Positions 1 through 4,942 of a DNA stretch of 6,056 nt are shown here, one piece after another. The stretch lies in assembly GCF_000237865.1 (NCBI RefSeq), contig NC_017458.1, forward strand, positions 1 to 6,056. The letters are read 5' to 3'. The notes under the pieces were generated by a model. It saw nothing but the letters and a program-made list of their open reading frames with translations. It did not search any database and had not been told where the DNA came from. The DNA is from Haloquadratum walsbyi C23 (lineage in GTDB: Archaea > Halobacteriota > Halobacteria > Halobacteriales > Haloferacaceae). Each line of letters opens with the position of its first letter. The stretch's first letter is position 1. A program made the position numbers and the translations under genes.

Positions 1-77
1 CCTGATCAGCAACGCCGGACAACGATTAAGTATCATGCTGGACTCATACCAGACAGGCAAAGAAGTAACTCAGTAAT

Positions 78-380
78 ATGAAACAGCCCTTCGAGGAGGA
101 AGGGCACGCCCCAAGAGGAGCGCACCACCGCTCCTCTTGGACTGAACCGACCTTTGGGACGGGTCTTGGTTCAAGTGCTCTTTCTCTTGCTGATTGTAAG
201 TATCCGTCGGAAAAAGCAAATCAGTCGTATACCAGCCGTATAACGTCAGATTGTACAGATAACGACCGTGTTAGTCGTCTTGCGTCAACTTGCGCAAGGT
301 TGCACCGTACTGTGTCAACTTGCACGGTACTGTGTAAGATTGCACGAGTGAGTGCAAATCTGCGAGGGACGTGCGCATGA
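78..380 (+). CDS. Doubtful small ORF (100 codons); possibly the first gene of the forward module, otherwise non-coding control region
   Basis: For: ATG start, 100 open codons in an otherwise non-coding stretch, and a TGA stop (378..380) that overlaps the ATG of the next gene (377..379) as ATGA, the same junction seen at 1270..1273. Against: the product is basic and rich in Cys/Ser/Thr/Arg, unlike the acidic neighbours. Third-position G+C is about 44% by hand count, whereas neighbouring genes mostly use C/G-ending codons. The ORF also contains a perfect 12-bp hairpin and the phased DNA repeat array. Confidence 0.25.
   Translation: MKQPFEEEGHAPRGAHHRSSWTEPTFGTGLGSSALSLADCKYPSEKANQSYTSRITSDCTDNDRVSRLASTCARLHRTVSTCTVLCKIARVSANLRGTCA
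111..140. repeat. Perfect 12-bp inverted repeat (hairpin/cruciform), 6-nt loop
   Basis: CCAAGAGGAGCG (111..122), loop CACCAC (123..128), CGCTCCTCTTGG (129..140). The two arms are exact reverse complements. Confidence 0.9.
143..173. repeat. Imperfect hairpin immediately following the first
   Basis: TGAACC+GACC (143..152) pairs with GGTC (162..165) and GGTTCA (168..173), with a 2-nt TT bulge (166..167) and a 9-nt loop. Confidence 0.6.
280..369. repeat. Helically phased (10-bp) TTGC(A/G)C repeat array with embedded 20-bp tandem unit and palindromes; candidate operator/iteron set
   Basis: YTG(C/T) begins at 280, 290, 300, 310, 320, 330, 340 and 360. TTGC occurs at 280, 290, 300, 320 and 340. 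The 20-bp unit TTGCACCGTACTGTGTCAAC (300..319) is repeated as TTGCACGGTACTGTGTAAGA (320..339), 16/20 identical. GTCAACTTGC occurs at 284..293 and 314..323. TTGCGCAA (290..297) is a palindrome, and TTGCAC-N6-GTGCAA (340..357) is an inverted repeat. The array ends 8 bp before the ATG at 377. Confidence 0.8.
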
Positions 381-1273
381 GTCGAGAAAGTCCGTCTCGA
401 CGTGCCGAAAAACGTGCCCAGTACCTCACGGCGACGACCGAGTTAGAATATCGCAAGGCACACGCCCTCGCATTTTGTGAGCAAGGCTGTAACGAACGTA
501 CCGTCGCCGAACAAATCGGCTCCACGAAAGGCACCGTCTCAAATTATCTCGATGAGATCGCCGAGCGATACGGTCCCGAGACTGTCGTCTCTGTCGGCGT
601 GGACGAGAAAGAGGACCTCACGCCGGTCGAGGACCAACCGACGAAAGGACCGCTGGAGACCATCGACGCCGGTCGTAAAGTCGTCCTTGAAGGAGAGAGT
701 CGAGGACCGCACACTGTTGAACGATACTTCCGAACATGGGTGCGAGACGGTCGGATTCATCGAGATGCAAAACTCGCACTCTCACTACATGATCACGGCG
801 ACGGGGACACACGAGACCGTCTCAGTAATCTCGAATGGGACGCACACCACTGCACATACAACCCCGATTATACTTTTGTGAGTACCGCCGAGAGTCGCGG
901 CTGTTGGACCTTCGATACTGACCCCGTGACTCTCAATGCCATTCGTGAGGTCGTGCATGTCCCGCCTCTCGATACGACGCCTCTTGTCGCCGAGACTCTC
1001 CCTCGTCGTGAGGACCTCGACCCATTCGAGTGCATTAATCCCGATTGCTCAGTCAACGAGGCACACTCAGGTCTCGACCTTCGTGCCTATCCGAGTCTCA
1101 GTGGTCCGGCGATTGAAATTACTGAGATGACAGACTTCGAGACCGTCTCGCACGTCTGTCTTGAGTGCCGGTCGTTGTTTACACCCGTGCCGGTCGGCGT
1201 GCCTGATCAGAAGAACAACGGCGACGACGAGGACGAGGACGACGATAACGTGCTCGTGGAGGCAATGCAATGA
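377..1273 (+). CDS. DNA-binding protein: N-terminal HTH (sigma-70 region 4 / LuxR / HTH_10-like) plus C-terminal Cys4 zinc-ribbon-like cluster and acidic tail
   Basis: The ORF-track start at 371 is a GTG, and the first ATG is 377 (MSRESPSRR...). The HTH pattern is LTATTELEYRKAHALAFCEQGCNERTVAEQIGSTKGTVSNYLDEIAERY (recognition part approx. nt 491..556). The cysteine cluster is C-x4-C (ECINPDC) then C-x2-C (VCLEC) 36 residues later (nt approx. 1031..1168). The tail is DDEDEDDD. Composition is acidic with C/G-ending codons, and the stop overlaps the next ATG (ATGA at 1270..1273). Confidence 0.85.
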   Translation: MSRESPSRRAEKRAQYLTATTELEYRKAHALAFCEQGCNERTVAEQIGSTKGTVSNYLDEIAERYGPETVVSVGVDEKEDLTPVEDQPTKGPLETIDAGRKVVLEGESRGPHTVERYFRTWVRDGRIHRDAKLALSLHDHGDGDTRDRLSNLEWDAHHCTYNPDYTFVSTAESRGCWTFDTDPVTLNAIREVVHVPPLDTTPLVAETLPRREDLDPFECINPDCSVNEAHSGLDLRAYPSLSGPAIEITEMTDFETVSHVCLECRSLFTPVPVGVPDQKNNGDDEDEDDDNVLVEAMQ

Positions 1274-2979
1274 CCGTCGAGACCGAGACCGAGGACGCCG
1301 ACGAGATACGCCGACTCATCAAGCCGCAAGACCACGAGTTTACCGCGAATTTCAATTATGATAACGGACTCGACGCATGGCTTGCCTGTGACTCGGTAGT
1401 GAAGCAACACGACGGCTCATACGAGACCGAGACCGAGGCTCTCGGCGAAACATGGGACGTTACTCTGTACTATCAAGACTCGTCTATCTTGCCACCTCGT
1501 GACGGCACGACGCCCAACGGCACGAAGATCGAGCACGACCAAATCCGTGAGTTTCGCATCCGTGTCGAGGCTCAGGACGAGCTCGGAGAGAAAAAGGCGA
1601 ACTATCATATCCGTCCCCGCTGGCGTCGTATGCGCGTCGAGACTGACGAGGGAGACCAACACGAGTTATCAATCCCTCGTACTCTTGTGAACGAACACGA
1701 CGCCATGAACGTCCGCGTCTCAGGGTCTAATATTGACTTTTGTGATTATGGCGACCTACTCATGTGTGCCGCAAGCTCTCTCGGCGTGAGTGCTCACCAC
1801 TTCCGCGAGTCATATCGACACGAGACCAGCAATGTTCAGGACGCCGCGAAATACGTGCGTGTCCACGAGGACGTATCTGGTCCCGTCCATGCTCGCACTG
1901 GTCCCTTAGTCTCACTTGCGCACGTATTGGAGAACGACCGTGAGGGCTATCGGAAACTCGTGCAAAACGACACCAACGAGCGAGGGCGTCAGTTAGCCGG
2001 TTATTATCATACCGCCACACTCGGTCCTCAGAGAGTCCGTGAGGTATTCCCTGATCATGCCTTGCCCGTCGAGTGCAAACACTACTACGCTCGCGAGGCG
2101 CACTCTCGACCTGACTCTGACGCTCTGGCTCACCCAAAGGTCGAAGTCGCCTATCAGACAAGCCGGACTGACGACACACTGCATCTTACCGACGAGAATC
2201 TTGCCCAACTCGACGAAGAACTCACCGAATGGCTGTATGCTATCCTCGCCGACGCCGGTCTCGACCTGAGGGCGAATGAGAACGTCTATGTCGAGGACGA
2301 ATATTTCTCAGTCGAGAACGCCACGACGACCGCATCCGTTGTCGACCTCGACCTTACCGAAGTCAGACACGAGCAAGAGTCGGTCGTCTACAAGCATCTT
2401 GCTGACGGCATGGCACCCACTGATCAGGAATGTCTCAATGTGCTCGTCTCCGACGGTGGTGCCGTGAGTCCTCAGGACCTTGCCGAGTCCACAGGACGAC
2501 ACGAAGATACTGTTTACAATTCCCTTGCGAGAATGAACGACCTCGTGACACACACCTACGGCGAGGTCTCATTGAAGTCCACATATACCAGTGAACTTGT
2601 CGCCGACGCACTTGATCAGGCACAACAAGCCGTCGATAACGCCGCTAAAACTGCCGCTGATGCCGTCCACGCCAGTAAACGAGGTCTCGATAATGCCACG
2701 AGTGCCTTTGTTGCATGGTGTGAACGATACGGCGTCAACTACAACGACAACGGCGACGGCATGATCATCGACCTCGGTCGCGTCGATAGTATCAAAGAAG
2801 TGCGTAATATCTTGCGTAGTGGCTTCGACCGCTGGTGCAAGATGAAACGAGACGCTATCACCTTCAAATCTGCAAAAGTCAAATGGGAACACGAGGACGA
2901 CGGCAAAGACCTCAATTACTTGCCGTCCTCTCCTACCGTCCGGTCTCACTCTCAACGAGCGTTTACTCTCCTCAAGTGA
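1270..2979 (+). CDS. Large acidic protein (569 aa) with C-terminal winged-helix-like DNA-binding segment; candidate replication/initiator protein (function inferred only)
   Basis: It is the longest ORF, with an ATG start coupled to the upstream stop and strong C/G third-position bias. The segment ECLNVLVSDGGAVSPQDLAESTGRHEDTVYNSLARMNDLVTHTYGEVSL (nt approx. 2416..2574) has the helix-turn-helix plus wing pattern of MarR/TrmB-type wHTH domains. The N-terminal 370 or so residues have no motif I can name. From memory, the largest forward protein of PL6-family plasmids has homologues in betapleolipoviruses; this was not checked. Confidence 0.9.
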   Translation: MTVETETEDADEIRRLIKPQDHEFTANFNYDNGLDAWLACDSVVKQHDGSYETETEALGETWDVTLYYQDSSILPPRDGTTPNGTKIEHDQIREFRIRVEAQDELGEKKANYHIRPRWRRMRVETDEGDQHELSIPRTLVNEHDAMNVRVSGSNIDFCDYGDLLMCAASSLGVSAHHFRESYRHETSNVQDAAKYVRVHEDVSGPVHARTGPLVSLAHVLENDREGYRKLVQNDTNERGRQLAGYYHTATLGPQRVREVFPDHALPVECKHYYAREAHSRPDSDALAHPKVEVAYQTSRTDDTLHLTDENLAQLDEELTEWLYAILADAGLDLRANENVYVEDEYFSVENATTTASVVDLDLTEVRHEQESVVYKHLADGMAPTDQECLNVLVSDGGAVSPQDLAESTGRHEDTVYNSLARMNDLVTHTYGEVSLKSTYTSELVADALDQAQQAVDNAAKTAADAVHASKRGLDNATSAFVAWCERYGVNYNDNGDGMIIDLGRVDSIKEVRNILRSGFDRWCKMKRDAITFKSAKVKWEHEDDGKDLNYLPSSPTVRSHSQRAFTLLK

Positions 2980-3010
2980 TGCCGTCCTCGTGAGTGGCAA
3001 CACTCTCGAC

Positions 3011-3022
3011 GACCCTCTTTTT
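3011..3022 (+). terminator. Candidate oligo-T terminator of the forward module
   Basis: GACCCTC is followed by a T5 run (3018..3022), about 40 nt after the TGA stop at 2977..2979. Archaeal termination commonly occurs at oligo-T tracts. There is no experimental support here. Confidence 0.3.
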
Positions 3023-3170
3023 CGACCCTCACGCGACATCTGACCGCCTTCGAGGGTCCCCTTTCGTCGTGATCGGTGTGGTGCGCGTCGAGATCGGCGT
3101 CAGTGCTGGTTTGGAATTTGGTGCGACTCACCGGACTCGCTGTTAGGGGTGTGCCTAAGGGCACAACATC

Positions 3171-3670
3171 AAAACACATACCGTAGTTTTGCTCGCGCAA
3201 AAATTTCTACACACAATATCACTCGTGATGTTGTCTCGTTCGGAGCTCCAATTGAGAACGAGACTGCACACTCACAGATTAGACAGATTAGTTGTGCAAC
3301 TACAATATCCTCTGATAAATTCAAGCTCTTGATATTATCATTGTTAAATCTATTCCTGCAACACTTGCTGATACCGTTCAGACCTGTACGCTATCGGAAT
3401 ATATTGCTGATTAATTAAACTCGTTTATATTCTCATTGATAAAAGTAGGGTCACTCGGGAATCCCTGATTTGCGAGTGGTGGATTTTCTAATTTAAATAG
3501 TGTATCTGAGAATAGATCCAAATTTCTCAGACCCTCACGGTTTGTTAGATTCAATGTGAGATTATGAGGAGACTCTCGACGAGAGATATGCCTCTCTCTA
3601 TGTCGGTAACTCAAATCCAGCGTTAATCAGTGTGATTCAGGGTCGGTATATTCAGGATAGATTAACTCTG
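3171..3670. other. AT-rich, ORF-poor convergent intergenic region (candidate origin/DUE, ncRNA locus or insertion hot spot)
   Basis: Hand count gives 194 G+C in 500 bp (about 39%), compared with about 52 to 62% in the two sampled coding stretches. The only ORFs here start at GTG or TTG, lack any internal ATG and are non-acidic. The region contains AT palindromes TTAATTAA (3411..3418) and ATTTAAAT (3491..3498), AGATTA at 3277, 3286, 3559 and 3659, ATTCAGG at 3635 and 3650, and small inverted repeats at 3187..3202, 3505..3531 and 3574..3586. Confidence 0.7.
3274..3291. repeat. Perfect tandem direct repeat, 9 bp x 2 (ACAGATTAG ACAGATTAG)
   Basis: 3274..3282 and 3283..3291 are identical. They are followed directly by TTGTGCAA, which contains GTGCAA, the reverse complement of the TTGCAC half-site of the 280..369 array. 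Confidence 0.9.
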
Positions 3671-3704
3671 TCTCAACGTGCGCGTGTCTGTGGCGCCGTG
3701 CTCA

Positions 3705-3722
3705 CAAAACACAAAAATAAAT
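3705..3722 (-). terminator. Candidate oligo-T terminator of the reverse module
   Basis: On the minus strand, directly after the TGA stop (3725..3727), the sequence reads GGATTTATTTTTGTGTTTTGTG, which includes a T5 run (3713..3717) and a T4 run (3706..3709). Confidence 0.35.
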
Positions 3723-3724
3723 CC

Positions 3725-4051
3725 TCAGAAAAATGAGTCCACGCTGACGAATTGATGCATATACCCACGGTCGCTGTGCCAGTCCTCGCCGAGCTCGTCG
3801 GCGACCTGATCAGCCTCGACTTGCTTGGGCGGTTGATTATCTTGGAGATCGTCGAAGATGTATGTGCCGTCGTTCTCGACTAACGTCTCGTGCGTGTCTT
3901 TGTTCAATCGAAACCTATCTTCTTTCTTTGCGAGTCGGACCTCGGTGGGCTCGTCGCCGATCATGCCGTCAGGTCCGAACGACTCACTCGGCGTCCCTCC
4001 GAAGTCTTTGATCAATTGTTTCTCAATGTCTGTGTGGTCGAAGTCTGTCAT
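3725..4051 (-). CDS. Small acidic protein (108 aa), unknown function; weak PD-(D/E)xK / VRR-NUC-like pattern
   Basis: The start is taken at the internal ATG (4049..4051, MTDFDHTDIEKQ...). The upstream 93 codons of the track ORF (to 4330) are basic and mostly overlap the 3' end of the ATPase gene in another frame. The product is acidic. The segment FGPDGMIGDEPTEVRLAKKEDRFRLNKDTHETLVENDGTYIF loosely resembles a PD...E-x-(K/R) nuclease core. Confidence 0.8.
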   Translation of the reverse strand: MTDFDHTDIEKQLIKDFGGTPSESFGPDGMIGDEPTEVRLAKKEDRFRLNKDTHETLVENDGTYIFDDLQDNQPPKQVEADQVADELGEDWHSDRGYMHQFVSVDSFF

Positions 4052-4080
4052 TTGTCTGTTATTTTTTCTGAATAGCGCGT

Positions 4081-4090
4081 ATGTATTATA
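4081..4090 (-). promoter_or_regulatory. Candidate TATA-like element for the 4051..3725 gene
   Basis: The minus strand reads TATAATACAT at -39 to -30 relative to the ATG, inside the 58-nt gap after the ATPase stop. It shares an AATACA core with elements upstream of the other reverse genes. Confidence 0.3.
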
Positions 4091-4109
4091 CTGTTCAAGT
4101 GGTCGGTGG

Positions 4110-4940
4110 TCAGTCGTCGGCAGGTTGTTCGGTCGGGTTTGTCGCATCTGTGTACTTACTGACCCATGACTGCGACATATCCACGACCTCAGATACCTCT
4201 CGCGTCGAGAGACCGAGGTCTCGTGCTCGCTGGGCATCTGCCTTTTTCTGGTCTCTCTCAACTTCCTCAGGGTCGGGCTCGTCCTCTTGCAGTTCGTCGG
4301 CGTCGAAGTGCTCACTGTCGAGTAAATCATCCTTTTTCTCAGTTACCGCCTCAAAATATGGGTCGTCGTGTCTGTCGAGATTTGGAAATGGTATTCTATT
4401 TCTCGGTATGTCGTCGTAACTCTCAGTGCGCACGTCGCCTCGGTCGAATGTGCTCGTCACTTTATACGGTCGAAAGTATCCTATGGGTCTCTTGAGTGCC
4501 CACAGTCGATAATCTGCAAACCGTCGCATCCGAACATCTGCATCTGACCAATGCGGCAAGGTCGTGATTGTTACAATCCGTTTCTTGCGCATGAGTTGCC
4601 ACGACCGACCGAGATTCACGTTCTTATTACTCATCGACCGTCGTGAATCTCCAGCACCGGCACCGGCGAGTTCGTCGAGGACAATTACACTCGGTTGATA
4701 TGCGTCAGGGTGCTCTCGCCAGCGTTCAAGATATTGCTCTCCTGAGAGTGTGAAGTCGTCAGGGTGTAAGTCGTAATCGAACGCTCGTGCACACATCTGT
4801 GCTATTGCACACGCTAAGGTCGTCTTACCGACGCCTGTGCTCGCATCCTCGGCGTCAATGATCAGTCGGGCACCACCTTGCCTCGGTCCATGAATGCCAT
4901 GCATAAGGTCGTTCCAAAAGTCCGTCTCTGAGATGTGCAT
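4110..4940 (-). CDS. P-loop NTPase (Walker A/B) with acidic linker and C-terminal HTH; virus/plasmid-type ATPase
   Basis: Walker A is ASTGVGKT (nt 4821..4844, verified by back-translation). Walker B is VIVLDE (nt 4671..4688). A TITT strand follows. The linker is acidic (DDLLDSEHFDADELQEDEPDPEEVERD). The C-terminal HTH is ARDLGLSTREVSEVVDMSQSWVSKYT (nt approx. 4152..4235). The ATG lies 2 nt after the upstream gene's stop. From memory, PL6-family plasmids encode an ATPase similar to a His1 halovirus ATPase; this was not checked. Confidence 0.92.
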   Translation of the reverse strand: MHISETDFWNDLMHGIHGPRQGGARLIIDAEDASTGVGKTTLACAIAQMCARAFDYDLHPDDFTLSGEQYLERWREHPDAYQPSVIVLDELAGAGAGDSRRSMSNKNVNLGRSWQLMRKKRIVTITTLPHWSDADVRMRRFADYRLWALKRPIGYFRPYKVTSTFDRGDVRTESYDDIPRNRIPFPNLDRHDDPYFEAVTEKKDDLLDSEHFDADELQEDEPDPEEVERDQKKADAQRARDLGLSTREVSEVVDMSQSWVSKYTDATNPTEQPADD

Positions 4941-4942
4941 GA

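Noticed and set aside
160-185. tRNA-like GGTTCAAGT (possible T-arm or att fragment)
   Set aside because: The flanking bases cannot form the 5-bp T-stem: CTTGG on the 5' side has no complement on the 3' side, and position 61 is not C. No acceptor or anticodon arms were found.
226-242. CGTATA repeated at 226-231 and 237-242 as TATA boxes for the forward module
   Set aside because: These are plausible but unsupported. They would imply a leader of about 110 nt for the ATG at 377, they lie inside ORF 78..380, and no BRE-like context was obvious. I left them unannotated.
300-357. Possible CRISPR-like repeats
   Set aside because: The 20-bp units are directly adjacent with no spacers. There are only about 2.5 copies, they are degenerate, and no cas genes are present. 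They are better described as iteron or operator repeats.
371-376. ORF-track start at 371 for the 300-aa protein
   Set aside because: Position 371 is GTG (gtg cgc ATG agt...). The ATG at 377 is 2 codons downstream and forms an ATGA overlap with the upstream ORF stop. I annotate 377, but 371 cannot be excluded without N-terminal data.
477-881. 134-aa alternative-frame ORF inside the 377..1273 gene, and the similar ORFs 539..760, 618..812, 868..1056, 936..1130, 1067..1270, 1161..1361 and 1207..1410
   Set aside because: These are shadow ORFs typical of C/G-third-position coding DNA. Their products are Arg/Ser/Thr/Pro-rich and basic, and they are fully nested in better ORFs.
1270-2979. Rolling-circle Rep (HUH plus catalytic Tyr), integrase or transposase in the large ORF
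   Set aside because: I could not find an H-hydrophobic-H motif with appropriate spacing to a YxxK, nor R..HxxR..Y or DDE patterns. Profile searches are needed before excluding distant homology.
1417-3039. Antisense or alternative-frame ORFs within the 569-aa gene (for example 1760..2179 at 139 aa and 2569..3039 at 156 aa)
   Set aside because: Their products are basic and Arg/Ser-rich. They lie antisense to, or out of frame with, a long acidic ORF that has coherent codon bias, so they are shadow ORFs.
2952-3200. 82-codon ORF (-) spanning the end of the 569-aa gene and the GC-rich spacer
   Set aside because: It has an Arg/His/Cys-rich basic product, overlaps the 3' end of a confident gene on the opposite strand, and has no promoter-like context.
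3149-3418. 89-codon ORF on the plus strand in the AT-rich region
   Set aside because: It has a GTG start only and no internal Met. The product is basic and hydrophobic, with low-G+C codon usage unlike the other genes. It most likely stays open by chance in AT-rich DNA.
3024-3540. 10-mer GACCCTCACG repeated at 3024-3033 and 3530-3539, and 12-mer CGAGACCGTCTC repeated at 812-823 and 1138-1149
   Set aside because: For a 6-kb sequence, roughly 17 chance 10-mer pairs and about 1 chance 12-mer pair are expected, so these repeats are not individually significant.
3411-3614. 67-codon ORF on the minus strand in the AT-rich region
   Set aside because: The only possible start is TTG, with no ATG anywhere in the frame. 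Composition is neutral rather than acidic, the codons are AT-rich unlike all confident genes, and there is no coupling to neighbours. It could still be annotated in databases as a small hypothetical.
4052-4330. N-terminal 93 codons of the 201-aa ORF 3725..4330 (-)
   Set aside because: This extension is basic and Ser/Thr/Arg-rich. It mostly overlaps the 3' 221 nt of the well-supported ATPase gene in another frame. An internal ATG at 4051 begins a typical acidic protein after a 58-nt gap containing a TATA-like element.
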